A stretch of 64,000 nt of DNA from Pecten maximus (lineage: Eukaryota). Numbering within the stretch: the first letter of the stretch is position 1; each line of letters opens with the position of its first letter. This document shows positions 24,320 through 37,971 of this stretch, one piece after another. The translations under genes were made by a program, and so were the position numbers. The stretch lies in the NCBI RefSeq assembly GCF_902652985.1, contig NC_047030.1:5828001-5892000 (forward strand). The letters run 5' to 3'. The notes beneath the pieces are model-generated. The model did not search any database. It saw only the letters and a program-made list of their open reading frames with translations, and was not told the origin of the DNA.

Positions 24320-24800
24320 TTCCTAATGTCTCTCTTGACACGCCTCACCTTTGACCTTCAGTTGAGCGTTTGACCTTCCGAGGAAGGCTTTGGGAGTATA
24401 CAATGTCAATGGTAGTTGCTACTCATGATTATAGTACTCAGAAATATTGGGAGGGGGACTACTGGTTCGCCCGTTGTCAGTATAATGTGACCGGGTGGAT
24501 TTTTTTCTTAAATGTAAACTTTATTTATTTTACAATTGCGAAACAAGTTAAATCAACTTATATCAATCAAGGAAGCGCTCGAGGGGTCTTACAGTTGGAG
24601 CAAACCGGAGTACCCGGGGGAAACCCACGTGATCGGGCAGGTGATCCCATACCTTTTCACGTTCGATCAGGGAATCGAACCTCAGCCGCCTAGGTGAACG
24701 ACACGTATAGTTCTTTGGTAGTATGCTACAGTGAGGTAGCACTATAAAGTCAGCATCACTTCCGCACTATCACAGGAAGACAAACACGAATATACCTCCG
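24320..24800 (+). mobile_element. Bivalve-type SINE with conserved central domain, interrupted by a second SINE
   Basis: Shares ACTGGTTCGCCC..CAGTATAAT..CAGTGAGGTAGCACTATAAA..CTATCACA..AACACGAA with the copies at ~38060-38400, 30339-30510 and 45345-45630. Confidence 0.75.
24500..24705 (-). mobile_element. Nested antisense tRNA-derived SINE with V-domain-like core
   Basis: The minus strand shows B box GGTTCGATTCCC, GTGGGTTTCCCCCGGGTACTCCGGTTT (V-SINE-like), AATAAA and an A-rich tail. It splits the host SINE. Confidence 0.7.
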
Positions 24801-26296
24801 ATCTCTCTTCAGTCGTGTAAGGATGGATTTTTGGCTTTCATTGACGCTTAAAAATTAAATGTAGACTCGTCATGGCGTGATCTGATGCATTGCCATCTTA
24901 AAATTGTAAACATTGTAACCAAATGAGAGAAATTAACACATTACTCAAAGAAGGACTCGTCATTTTAATCAATCTGATACAAAATGTTTGTCAAAGTTGC
25001 TTTGTAACTATTAGAACCGGTCTTTACAACACACATACAATTTGACCGTCCGTTCAATATATGGATATTTTTAACATTTGTGGAGGTTTGAACACCACCA
25101 TATATACATAGTGCTAGCTTCATCAATTACGTAGTATGTATGTTGTGTAAATATAAGCAACTACAATGTGCTCCCATCATATTCCTGAGCTACCTTTAAA
25201 CCAGGAGGATTTTGGCGCCTACCATTGAATTATCCTTTCTTATGCAATATTGTTCTTTTCTTTATTTTAATTATTAGGTACAAGAGGAATCAAGCAGGAA
25301 ATCTAAGATAGATCTAAGGAAACATTTCTGTCAATTAAAAATAGCAATGCCAAACTTCAACTGTCAAAATAAAAGACGACCGACTATTGGCCATTTTGTT
25401 TTCTGGGTCAGATTGAACAAAGGCACAACATAGGGACCATTGGAAACCTTAGTATGAAGTATTAGAAATACTTCTCAAGAAATAGCGGTAACACCTTCAA
25501 CTGTCAAAATCAAAAATATCCATCTGGTGGCCATTTCGTTTTCAGGATCACAATCAAAATCAAACGGGCAAAACTACATTTGCCCACCATACATCTTGCT
25601 GCCATATCGACTATAACAACATTAAAACCACTGTTCAATATTTATATTTACATTGTCTTATCATTTCCTTCAACTTTGAAAAAAATCTAAATTATCACAA
25701 AAAAAACCCGCCTCTTTTCAACTGCCTCTTAGCATTGTGTCAATGGGGAAATGGGAAGCAAATGTAAATATAGAAATATATCGCACAAAACGATGCTGGA
25801 TATGCAATTGATTGATTTATTATGAATAATATTTGAAACAAGTATTTCTATCATCCAATAACAATAAATGAGTCAGTGATTGTAACATCTGCATTTTATC
25901 AGAGTACCGAGTCCGTTATAATGTACCCGGGTATATCTATATGTATAACAAATACCGAGTCATATCAATGTAGATCAAAGTATTAAAAAATGGTTTATAT
26001 ATTTTGGCACCAAACCGCAGACAATCCCCTCTGAAGAGAGTATAGTATAGTCCACATGTTTATGTTAGGGCTCAGTGATGTTAAAATCACTTAGCTATAC
26101 AGTATGTAAGTGATGTTCAAACATAAACATCTGGCGGATGTAGTGAGACAATGACAATATATGAGTGAACTCTGGAGTGTTTTGTAACGAGGCAAATAAG
26201 TCGTCCCCGAATTTAAAATAAAAGCCAACTCATCTGAACACCAAAGCTGTCAGACTGTGACACGAACTGTATATTTGGAGTTCACAAGTGACAGAA

Positions 26297-26390
26297 TATA
26301 AAGAACGACAACTCTGTAAATGGATGACTCGATATAAGGAACGACAACTCTGGAAATGGGTGACCCGGTATAAGGAACGACAACTCTGGA
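26297..26390. repeat. Short tandem repeat, 36-bp unit, ~3 copies
   Basis: TATAAGGAACGACAACTCTG core repeated. Confidence 0.8.
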
Positions 26391-27487
26391 GGATAGATAT
26401 TGATAACCACATACAATAACATTTCTCTTTAAAAAAAAGTTCATGTCACGAGCTTGAATTTAATAAACCATCAACCCTCTCAGAGCATTACTGTGATTCG
26501 CTCACTTTTGAAAATCTTGTTAACAAGTGTGACACTAGAATTGTCTCCAGGATAACTCCAATGTCAACACAGATTGCCTTCCCGCCACAAAAGGAACAAA
26601 ATACAATAAAATAAAGAAGTTTTCAGAAAGAAGGATTAAAATTTATCAGCATTCTAGAACACCCAATGCTTCAGCACATAGCATTTGGAATGGATTTAAA
26701 ATGTTAATTGTAAAAATATATCAAAGTTTGAGACAAAAGTAAAAATGGAAATGACATTTTGGTAGCAGTGAATGGATGGTCTGTTCCATTCTGGTGCCAT
26801 AAGCATCTACAAATCTTTAACTTTTAGATAGAGTCATAAATTGTGTTAAAGTCTGAAAAAATAACACCATTTGGCAATATTGAATCAACGTTGTACACTA
26901 GAAGAATATGGACGCTCTAGTACTGGCATTTCCAACTGACAAGCCTTCACAATACTTGCTAAAAATCGACGTTGCGTCTGCCGAAAGAAGAACGAACAGC
27001 CTGAATCCAGTAAATCACCCAAACATTCGATTGTCATGCGGGGGTATAATGATTGTAAATTGGAGGCATCAAGATACATGTTTGTAAAGTTTAGTACGGA
27101 ATTTTCAATAGCGGATATCAAAGCAAATTCTGAGTGCGGCTCTGGGCTTTTGGAACATCCATATAGGTATTGTATTGTACTTTTCCAATCGACAATTCGA
27201 GTAATTTTGAATCAAATCAATATATGGTTGTTACTCTTAATTTTCTTTATGGTGGATAATATGAATTCAAGAACCCTTCGCACATGCATGATCTTTGACA
27301 AAATGGAGGCAATTGCAAACAATATCATCTTTCATAACTATATATGTATCTTCTTACAAGTTAATACTGCACGCGAAAAAACACAACATTACGGCAGAAT
27401 TGAAAAAAATAATATTGTGAAAAATATCACAGAAGACTCAACAGATTGCTAGTTTCGCACAATTTAAGAAATAACATTTTAAAGCTA

Positions 27488-28001
27488 TCATGGTAAATTC
27501 AACAAATCGTTAGTTTCGTACAATTCTTGAGTTATAGAATAGATTGGCTTCATGGTTGCGACAACATGTGGTAATGTATTTAAGGCTTTTTCATAGTTTT
27601 GTTTGCACATTGTGTCAATGAGTTGTCGTCTGCTCGGTAGCATATACATCGCTAGACCAGCCATTTTTTGTACAACCCACGGGTGGTACAGCCCGAGCGT
27701 TTCTTTGTACACTTCCGAAGCTATGACTGAAGTTTTTGCATCATCATCGCTCTTTGCAATTCTGTCCATGAATTCACTGATGAATCCAAGCGCCCTGTGG
27801 AGACGCAAGAGTGTTCGGGACCCAGATGGGGGAGTTCTGGATACCTTTGTTATTCCGTTCGTCACTTCAAAGTCAATCATGGACTGAATTGTTTCATAAG
27901 CATTTCCGTTTTCTGACTTCCGATGGGTTTTCAGGATAGTTATCTTGGATTCCAGGTCACTTGCTACAAACCCAAACAGTTTCCCAGACAGTTTGAAAAA
28001 C
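27488..28001 (-). CDS. CPTP: Ceramide-1-phosphate transfer protein (GLTP fold), coding exon 2
   Basis: Acceptor TTGTTGCAG at 28002. Motifs FVASDLESKI, SGSRTLLRLHRAL and YHPWVV..A and the C-terminal LLNLP* match CPTP/GLTPD1/ACD11-type proteins. Joined with exon 1 it gives 216 aa. Confidence 0.92.
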
Positions 28002-29371
28002 CTGCAACAAACAAAATACAAATAATTAATGAATGAACAATTAAAACCCCATCGCTTTAACGAAATTCAAAAGAAAAAAATAACAATAACGAAGCTCTAA
28101 CTTGATAAGTTGACAAAATAACTACAAATTAAGCTAGGTTATAAACACTACCTATGAACACGCTTTCCTTTCGTAAACAGTGCGATAATTTACAACCAGG
28201 AACTTTTTAACTTGCACATTTCCGTAAGTTTTTAAAATACAATGTAAACTGTGCTATGTACAGTATAAATGGACTTAAGCTTATGCTAGTCCGTGCGCTT
28301 TGATATTACATGTACTTATTACAGTGGAACATTGTTAGTCAGGAGAGAACTTAGTTGCCATGTATAATATTACTCAGAATTTCTCAGGTCCCTGTGGCCC
28401 ATTCCACAGCAGAATCATTAAATCAAAATCACGTGAAAAGTAATGTCTATGCCTGTACACTAACCGAGTATCGTGACTGTATTATGTGTATAATATGGGT
28501 GTGTCATGTACCTATAACCGTCAGGGATGAACACCCACAAACCGGATGTATCTGGTTCGTATCTGCCGATCACACATCCCATTTTGCGTCAAAACAGATG
28601 CAAGCTTGATGATTGAGAAAATGAATGCATTGGTTGTTATCGATAATTATTTATTAAACGAGCCATTTTAATGTTCACACGTCAAGTGCTTGAAATGTAG
28701 GCTTGTCAAAGAAAATGTGAAAGATATCAAAATACATGTTATGTAATTTTACATTAATTTTACATATAATTTTGGACCAGAACATGACGTCATGGATTAT
28801 ATTTTGCATACATCATAAGAAACTCAGACTATGAAATTCAATCCATATCAAGAAATCTAACAGCGCAGGTGAAATATCGTGGGATTTCATGCATAATTTA
28901 TTACCCTTTGAAATGCTACCGTATATATCGTGCCTGACGCCTCCATTTCAAGGAATGATAAAAGAATACATTTAAAAGATTGCTTCGTGCGGGAAACCCC
29001 CTGATTCGGAAATTCGGCTTTCTTTTTCTGACAAGCAGGCGACCAAATCTGCTGTACATATATTACAACAATATAGATATTAGTGTTGTCCAGATGATCG
29101 ATTATAATCGAGATCTCATCGATAAGACAACCGACTCCTGACAATCAGTTATGAATTGAAATGTCAACATCGTTGACTCTTTTCAAAACCAGAAGTGTGA
29201 GTTATACTTTCATTTTCACTAAGAGAAAACGGGAGTTTTATGTTACTTAACTCTAACTCCAACTTGTAACCAACCATGTTATCTAATCATAGTTAATTGC
29301 AAAAAAAAATTAAAAATACATTGCGATCCAGGTATTCTATATCACCTTATAGACGACTTACACAATGATCA

Positions 29372-29576
29372 TGTTAGGGTATCGGGCCGACCATCACTGC
29401 GCCATTGAAACGTTCTTTTTGAACGCCGATGTGGCGCAGCGGTATAGGCTGCCGATATTTCTGGCTAGGCGATTGGGTGCCGTAGATCGTAAGTTCGAGG
29501 CCCGGTCAGGGCACGAGTCAAAAGTTGTCTTCCTTCGTCATTTGTGTTTCTAAGCTATATATATATATATATCACA
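29372..29576 (+). mobile_element. tRNA-derived repeat, possibly another tRNA-containing mini-LTR, in the CPTP intron
   Basis: A box TGGCGCAGCGG (~29432) and B box GTTCGAGGC (~29493), but the cloverleaf is degenerate. Possible TGTTA...TCACA ends; no TSD. Confidence 0.45.
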
Positions 29577-30338
29577 TATATAAATGTAACTATTTATCAA
29601 TATGATAAAGATAAAGAACTATAGGATTTAGTTTAGGTACTATAAAATCTAAATTATTTGTTGACAACGTCTTCATAATTGACATTATTTGTTCCGGGGA
29701 GGTATAACCCACACATTAACAAACACTTAGTTATAATACTCACTAGTATCTATATAAAGGTGACTACCGGAGACGTAATATGATGCTTACCATTTGTTAT
29801 TATTCAAATAGCACTCAATATAAAATTTAACATTCTACGTACATGTACATACTCGTAGGCGCGTTTAGCCAACTAAAACCTGACTGACTTATCCAATAAA
29901 GCGATGGGGTTACCTAGTAAAGAGTGTCAACGTATCCAATATTCCTTAATGCGGTGTATATTACCGATATACACCCATGCACTATCATTGTATCAGAGCT
30001 CTCACACGACGTCAATTTGAATCTTCTTTTTTATCAGTTAAATTCGGGCGCGTGATGAAGCAGACATAATTCACGCGCTCTTGTACATGATTTCCTAACA
30101 TTATATAGTACGTACACGTTACCGTTTTGACAATCAAATTTTCAATGTAGCATGAGAAAGGAATATGTTGCATAATTTTAATTCACTTCGAAAACAACAG
30201 TTCAGTAAAAATATTTGGTCCATTATACCATATTCCGGAATGCCCTGACCCGACCCATGGACTACTTTCGCTGTTTTGTACGGGACGTCATTTTAGTTTT
30301 TAATTCCATTTAGGGATGTCACTTGGATATTTAAATAG

Positions 30339-30620
30339 TTTGGTTTGGTTTGGTTTATTTTGTTTAACGTCCTATTAACAGCTAAGGTCATTTAAGGACG
30401 GCCTCCCGTGCGTGCGACATGCATGCGTGTGGTGTGTGCGTATGTGTGTCTTGGGAGGCTGCGGTATGTTCGTGTTAAGTCTCCTTGTGATAGGCCGGAA
30501 CTTTTGTCAAGGGAGACATTAGGAAGAAGAAACTTGTTCAGAAAGAAGAGAAAAGATAAGATCCCAAGTTTAGTCGCCTCTTACGATCATGCAATGGGGG
30601 CAGCAGGTACAATTCTTACA
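30339..30620 (-). mobile_element. Internally deleted copy of the bivalve SINE
   Basis: The minus strand has the 5' block GCATGATCGTAAGAGGCGACTAAA joined directly to the 3' block GGGAGGCCGTCCTTAAATGACC..AGGACGTTAAAC and an (AAACC)n tail. Confidence 0.8.
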
Positions 30621-31582
30621 TAGGCGATGTCACTGTGTTTTGAATGAGTGACATCACATCATAATATGACATCACTCATTCAAAACTTTTACGAGTTATA
30701 ATTTAGTGGTTTAAGTCAACACAATCAACACTTGAATAGGTGATATCGCTTAGTGATTAAATGATACCACTTACACGACTAATTGATGTCATTAAATGGG
30801 AATAAAATGCAAAATGCGTGATACCTAACGTACGAACATTAATATTGTCAGATAACAGGTGTATCTAGCCCCTGAGCGTAGAGGGCGTGTACCAAACCTC
30901 CATCGCCACATCTCTGACAAATGGTATGGGAGTGAAACCCTTGTATTCCGATAATATACAGTATATTTGATTAATCAGTTTTTGGAGTGGACTCTATAAA
31001 TCAATATATCCTAATCAATACTCTCATTAATTACTACAGCTTGGGGTTGTGTGTTTTGCGTCCCATGGTGTCTGTGATCGTCGGGTCAATAATTATACAT
31101 GTGCGTTATACGATTAATTATTCATTCGGCTATAACGATTGTGTATTTTTGTTATTGTTTTACGTCATTTTAACAGCTTTGTCCTACGTGGAGGCGATGC
31201 TATTGTTCAAGACTCCTTACGAACCAAGGGCAAGCCACCTTCGGAAAAGAGGCAATACAACATTAGCACAACGTGTCACTATCAATATAAGTAAACAAAT
31301 GCTGTAAACAAATAGATAAGGTTGTTAGGGAGAACGATAACGATACCTGTCCAGTTTGTTTTGAATTGCATTAACATAAATCAAATGTAATTCTATGTAA
31401 ACCCACCATTATACATTGCGGAAGTCTGCTGTTGTTGGAATATCATGTTTCAATTATACTCCCGAGGTGTATTGGAGATCAAGTATAAGATGGAATCGTA
31501 CTGGGTTATACGGAGACCTTGTGCTAAATTTACAGGCGCCCAATCAACTCGTAAAATGTTTATCTTGTGAATTTTTTTTTTC

Positions 31583-31915
31583 TTATTAACTACAAATTGT
31601 ACATGTAGTGTACGCGATATTCGTCCATGTACCTATTATATGCCGTACATCTGGGAGAAACTTACATGAAGTTTTAAGTGTAATTAAATTTTTATTATTA
31701 TTAACTATAAATTGTACATGTAGTGTACGCGATATTCGTCCATGTACCTATTATATGCCGTACATCTGGGAGAAATTTACATGAAGTTTTAAGTGTTATT
31801 AAATTTTTATTATTATTAACTATAAATTGTACATGTAGTGTACGCGATATTCGTCCATGTACCTATTATATGCCGTACATCTGGGAGAAATTTACATGAA
31901 GTTTTAAGTGTAATT
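31583..31915. repeat. Tandem repeat, 115-bp unit, ~3 copies
   Basis: TTATTAACTA.AAATTGTACATGTAGTGTACGCG... recurs at 31583, 31698 and 31813. Confidence 0.95.
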
Positions 31916-32140
31916 ATTTCTTTGATTTGGTTTTACATCCTGTGTTTAATGTAACACAGTTATATCTGTTAAGCCGTGGTAAAAGTAGTCTGTTTAAAAA
32001 ATAAGAAAATTGTTCAAATTATTATTTTCTTTATTGATTCAAGATTTTTCAATGTTGTATTGATGTATCGCTCTGACACACTATATAACGTGTGTAACAA
32101 GCTGGTCACATATATACAATCTAATCAAAATATATATATG

Positions 32141-32456
32141 TCTAACGACATCGCATAAGGGGTCACGTCAGGATGACCTTTGTCACCTCAATATTTCACT
32201 TTCAGGTCGAATTGACTATTTTTCGATGCCATCGATCTCACCCATTCGTCACATCATTCATCCGAAGCTAGCATGTATATATAGCTATATGCTTTGTTGG
32301 ACGAAATGACTTGTTCAGATTGACAGATTACAAGCCATGCAATCTAATCATGCTATTTCGTAGATACGAAATTCACTCCTAAATTCTATAAGTAGTAATT
32401 TGATTGGTTAATCCAAAAGGTCATCTTGACGTGACCCCTTATGCGATGTTGTTAGA
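32141..32456. repeat. 41-bp inverted repeat pair (MITE-like)
   Basis: TCTAACGACATCGCATAAGGGGTCACGTCAGGATGACCTTT (32141-32181) is inverted at 32416-32456. No clear TSD. Confidence 0.75.
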
Positions 32457-32528
32457 TGTTCATGTCAATAATAAGTGATTAACGGGTCGAAACTTGGGGT
32501 TTATTTTTCATTGGGGGTCATCAAGCAC

Positions 32529-32606
32529 TAGCCCGAGTTTCCTCTGGCCCTGACACCATGTCTGTACATCAGACACGGTGTTGGGAGTCAGAGGAAACTC
32601 GGGCTA
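32529..32606. mobile_element. 78-bp hairpin MITE with TAG...CTA ends and 9-bp TSD (AcademH-like)
   Basis: TAGCCCGAGTTTCCTCTG/CAGAGGAAACTCGGGCTA with flanks ATCAAGCAC and GTCAAGCAC (1 mismatch). Confidence 0.8.
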
Positions 32607-32789
32607 GTCAAGCACCTGCACCCCATCCTTTGGTCCTAGGTATCCGAGTCAAGTATAGTGATATTGAGTTAGAGGAACTAGTCAAGCCCCAGAGAGACTA
32701 TATCGCTAAGTACATGTGTACCTACACGCGATCAGCTGATCTGAACGTGACCCATTTCTCAACCTGTTTTAACAACACACACACATTAC

Positions 32790-32926
32790 CTGCATAACTC
32801 CTGATACCCTGTCACATATGGGTCAAGCTTTAAACTGTTGTCCTGTGAACGACAGTTTTTGAAAGAATCCAGAACAACTTCTAAATCGAAATCATGCTTC
32901 ACATCCGTCCTGAACTCCGCGGCCAT
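32790..32926 (-). CDS. CPTP: CPTP coding exon 1 (MAAEFRTDVKHDFDLEVVLDSFKNC...YQELCR)
   Basis: ATG in GCCATGG context. The donor AG|GTAAT at 32789 is phase 2 and matches exon 2. Confidence 0.9.
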
Positions 32927-34175
32927 GGCTGTGTGTTGTTTACCTTCTGGTACGAATGTATACACACATGTATTCGAATCAGTTATACAACGTACAGAAA
33001 CACGTGACACTGTGTGACCCTTGATGACCCTTGGATTGGTGTAGTAGGATGTCAAATACAACAAAGCAAACAGCAGATGATCACATGGGCTCGGTTTTAT
33101 CTATCGATAACCGCGATTTGTATAAGGTTTTAGAACGAACAGTATATGAGTTCCTAATTGATAGTATTGTGGTCGTTAATTGATGTCGTATATGTTTCCT
33201 TCAAAATCTCGAAACCTAGCCCCTGTGGTTCAAACAAGCGAGGTAATTATAAACAAATGTAAATTTTGCGACTTATATCATAGAAAACAATATATAATGT
33301 ACAACTACGATCTTATGTATACATTTTATTAAGATAAAGTTGTGCATTGTCAACTTAAGACGCCATGATGTTGTATTATCAACGCGGATTTCTATTTTAT
33401 GAACCTTATGTAATGCCCTCAACGGGTTTGTCTCCATTATTTGTACATTTATATAACGACGTACTCCTTGTGTGGCAAGCTCCACCGTGTGCTTCAGGTA
33501 GAAAGATATCATATTAGCAGATAATTTATACATTTTCTTAACACCAGAAACATATTTATTAGGTTATATGTTTCTGATAACACGAAATGTAAATTTGTAC
33601 AATGGTTTGAATTTATTTTAAAATCTTCATGCTCAAGGGAAAGCTTTTTATTCGGGTGCGGATACAAACATCTGATTAATTATGTTCCGTGTCTAGACGG
33701 AAACCTCTCACTATTTCTTTTTTCAATATCTAAAATGACTTAGAAGAGTATCTGGCGTCTGAGGGAGTTAGCTCCCTTGAAACCATTACACAAAAATTAT
33801 CTGATAATCTACGCATATTTATGAAAATCTTTATACTGCTGTACGCGGAGGATATTTGTTTCTGACACACCAGAAAACATACAAGATGCGCTAGATAAAT
33901 TTCAGAAATAGAGTGATATATGAAAACTTCAGGTAAACATAAACAAAACAAATAGTAAAAGGAAAACCGACGAGTCTTTTAATTTTGTTTCAAATCACAA
34001 ATATGTGCAGTGTATATGAAATCAGACGATTTAAAGTCAAGACAATGTTAGTCACTTGAGGACCAGCACTAGCCTATGTTTTTCCTTTGTTAGATTTTTT
34101 TCTTTTGTGTGTGTGTATGTTTGTTTGTTTGTTCTTGTTGGTTTTTTTTTGTGGGGGGGGGGGGTTGTGTGTGTT

Positions 34176-34247
34176 TTGCCTTCTCTTTTTTTTTTTATCC
34201 AAAATTATTATCATAATAATTTTGGATAAAAAAGAAAGAGAAGGCAA
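34176..34247. repeat. Near-perfect 72-bp AT-rich palindrome
   Basis: TTGCCTTCTC(T)11ATCCAAAATTATTAT-C-ATAATAATTTTGGATAAAAAAGAAAGAGAAGGCAA. Confidence 0.9.
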
Positions 34248-35042
34248 CTGTTGTCTCTACAAATAAAACACAAATGTCATTAAAATACCTTTCATGACAG
34301 CAATATCATCAGCGATGGACAGTGATAATAATTAAAAGTGTGTTATGGTCCATTTTTATTAAAACAGTGACGAATCGATAAGATATTGGAGATTACATAC
34401 ATATTCATCGACAATTCTTTTTTTTTTTTTGTTCTCCTATGTAATTGTTTTATGGCAAAAAAGTTGATGATACTCAAAAATGGTGACAAACGCCCGAAAC
34501 ACAGTATACATTGTCTGTGCACTTCGCTTTTGTGTTGATATACTTGCCTATTAAGCAAACATGCAGTGCTTTGGAAACAAATCTATAATTTTTAATCTGC
34601 GACACACAACCTAATATCAGTTAATAACACTGGGATATATGTTGTTTTCCAGAATTGATAAAAAGATTTTCGAAATTCAAATATTTGTCTAGTAGAGTGA
34701 CGGAAACAAGTTGTACAGTATGTAGATATTTATATATATAATACTTGTCCTCATATGGGATAAAAAGCCTAAATATTTCATCACATTTTTTTATTTTGAT
34801 TTTGTGGTTTTATTTCGTAACTAGACATTAATTTGACTACAGAAATGTTTTTGATGATAAAACCACAATCCAACATCCATCAATTATCGTTTTAGAGAAA
34901 GAGTCAGTACGCCATACAAGACGATATAGTTGGCGAAGACAGACCACTGATACTGTCTTTGTACATGTATAATGTTCTATTAACTCAGCATTCTTTAACA
35001 ATAATGTATGAAAAAAACACAAAACAAAAAACAAAACAAAAA

Positions 35043-35077
<35 letters not shown>

Positions 35078-35456
35078 ACAAATTAAAAAAAAAATTAAGT
35101 ACATGTTTATGCTAAAGATAAAACAAATGTTTCATTTGATACCAAACAATTTAACATCACAAAAATGTATATACTAGTAGTAAAACAAAGTATCTCGATA
35201 TCACCGTACTGCTGTGGTAGGTATAACTGATGTCCATTTAACATTTGTAAAGGCTGATGTACAAATAAAACAGGAAACTACTCGTTACCGTAAACTGGAT
35301 GGTAAATAGCAGCTAATGAAGAAAAACAGAAAAAAAATGTCGATGAATGTGACAAAATAGAAAGAATGTCATTCTCTTTTATATTTCATTCTTACTGGGA
35401 AAAAATAATATGAGAAAAAAATATTTAAATATTTGTATAGACAACACAGCATTAAT

Positions 35457-35692
35457 TTAATTAAGAGTTTTCTCGCATATAACGGATATCCCATAATTGC
35501 TTGGTTCAGATTCTTGGTTTTGCCATCTGAAATCATGTGCTCGTCGAATGATAAGGAAGTTGTATATCTTATTTTCCCTTGGCATACCAATATACCAGTT
35601 AAAATATGTCATGGCGGTTCCGTCATCAAACCTCCAGACTCCGTCATCTAGAGTGCTATTTCCCTGGATATAGGCCCTTTTCAAGTCCTTAC
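35457..35692 (-). CDS. PAN/Apple + C-type lectin protein, exon 3 (C-terminal half of CTLD)
   Basis: Acceptor TTTTACAG at 35693, phase 1. Encodes AYIQG...VWRFDDGTAMTYFNWYIGMP...RWQN...VICEK*. Confidence 0.85.
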
Positions 35693-36542
35693 CTGTAAAA
35701 CACGTACAGTAGTACAATTATGATATATATATAAAGTAAAGACCTTGGTAATGTCTCATGATAGTAGTTGTATTATATCATACAAAGTGATCTTGCCTTA
35801 TTGTGCTGTCATTAAATGACAATAGAAAGACGCGTCATTATTCACTGCTATTGTATTACCATTATGAAATGTATTATAATCATGCGTATTTCAAGAATTA
35901 CATGAAATAACGTATTTTCTGCAATGTTTGTAAAGATTTAAGTTCATATGAAATTCATAAAAACTCGCAAGAGGCTCGCTAAAACGAAAAAAAAAGGTAA
36001 AATTGTTTCTTTTTACCGAGGAAAATGGAAATTTAGGTAAAACAGAGCTTTTTAAAATTGCCGATTAAGGAGGGAAACATTCCACGAAGATGTTGGTTTA
36101 CTCACACTACATGTACGTGTTTCATAAACAATTGATGACGCTGTGCATTACCTGTCATGTCATAATATTATTATATGACGAATTCAATTGTTTCACTGTT
36201 TCTCTCACTTCATGAAGCACTTGGCGATTCAAATCTATTGTTTCTGGTATGCTGAACAATGAACCAGGCGACGCTTTGTGTATTGTTGTATACAAGTTAT
36301 TTACTTTTGTATATATTAGGTGTGTATGCTACTGAGTATTACACTCCATTACATAATGTGTTTGATTTTCCTTAACTATAAACATAAGCTATATTTTGAA
36401 CTATTGCATGGCTAATATGATTATTGCACGGTCACTCTGATGTCAACACTGCCGACGACAGTCAAGCTGAATTCTAGGCCTACAGGAAAGTTGAGATGTC
36501 CAACTGTGTTTTAGTGATTATGTAATAAAACAAGTATATCAC

Positions 36543-36717
36543 GGGTGTCTGTGCAATAGTCCAGAATATTTGACACAAGGAACTGGTATTTTACCCTCGG
36601 TAATGGTAATCGACCGCTGTTCTATTGCACTCGGCCTTCGTCCCAGTGCAATAGAACATCTGTCGATTACCAGTACCTCGTGGCAAATATTCTGGACTAT
36701 ATATTGCACAGATACCC
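36543..36717. mobile_element. 175-bp foldback MITE in lectin intron 2
   Basis: GGGTGTCTGTGCAATAGTCCAGAATATTTG... is inverted at the other end. The inner stem GTTCTATTGCACT/AGTGCAATAGAAC closes a GGCCTTCGTCC loop. Confidence 0.75.
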
Positions 36718-37184
36718 AAATATAGTTGAATATTATAGGAAGAATGCATGTTTATGTGTTCTGTCTAGTGATTGAGTGATACTCTGTAGTGTTATCTGGT
36801 TTACCTACATTTTATCTATATGCTTATCATATCTAGGTTATGGCACTGCCGATATCTCTTTTTTCTAACACTTGTCTTAATTTGTATTCATGAATATGCG
36901 AGTGAAAACTATCAATTGTCCATTCATATTGTGGAAGCAAGGGAGGAATTGATAGTGGGAGGATCGATGTATTTATTGAATGTAAGAACGATAGGAATGC
37001 TCAGCTTTTGGTTCTATCTGATTTAAATCAGATATGGTATTGCATTCCGTAATGAAGTGCCATGAAGTTTCTAGATTTAACCTCTTCGAAGAATTTCAGA
37101 AGGTTACACGAGTGTTTCAGAACTATCTTTTTGACGTTATACCATGACTTATATAACAAGATCTTGTAATGTTTCAAAACATAC

Positions 37185-37361
37185 CCATCAGGTCCTCGAC
37201 AATGAACTGCTTCATGTCAGAGTCAATTCTAACTAGATGACCACCGTTATCCGCACATATATCGATGCTTTCATAAACAGAATAGAATCCCTCGGGAAGG
37301 TGCCAATAGCATGTGTTCAGCTCCCTCACATACATCTGACTGTTGGAGGTCGAACAATCAT
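37185..37361 (-). CDS. PAN/Apple + C-type lectin protein, exon 2 (N-terminal half of CTLD)
   Basis: Acceptor TTATGCAG and donor G|GTATG, 177 bp, phase 1-1. Encodes DCS...LNTCYW...SIDICADNGGHLVRIDSDMKQFIV. Confidence 0.88.
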
Positions 37362-37971
37362 CTGCATAAAAAAGAAACACAGAACAGCATAAGGTCCCTT
37401 GGGTACGAGGTAATAATAATAACAAAGCGAACAAACGTTTTTATCTTTATACTGTTAAGATTACTTTTACCCACAAATGGATAATCACCCTAAATCTACT
37501 AGTCATTGATTTTTTTCTCAATATATACCATCATCACTCTCATCTACCCGTCGAGTGTATTTTTTCACTGGAAGGATGAAAACGCAGCACCCACCCAATA
37601 TTCCGAAAAGGACCGATGGATTAGCTTCAAAGTTCAGAAGATGTTTATAATTAACTTATATGAAAGACCTTACTAATTCGATACTCGTGTTACCGAAAAG
37701 CGAGTACGTGCCCTTCAACGAGGATCGAACCAGAGCTATACGTTACGATGTATGGTGAGGTCTCGTCGGGAATGTGAGAGAATGTCACAAGCGTACATAT
37801 ATCTACTCGATACTAACTTTTCTGCCACCTCGTGTCATCGGGCTATTTCTGCACCAAATTCGGTTACAATGCACACCAACCTAGTACCATTCGATTCAAG
37901 ATGGATATTTTGCTTTAGTAGTTGACTTCGTTGTTCTCCTCTACAACTACTCTATATAACTGTTGGGGCTA

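Noticed and set aside
26560-27450. Very old LINE remnant on the minus strand and a 138-aa plus-strand ORF
   Set aside because: Only faint linker-like similarity across several frameshifts and no diagnostic motif; too weak to call.
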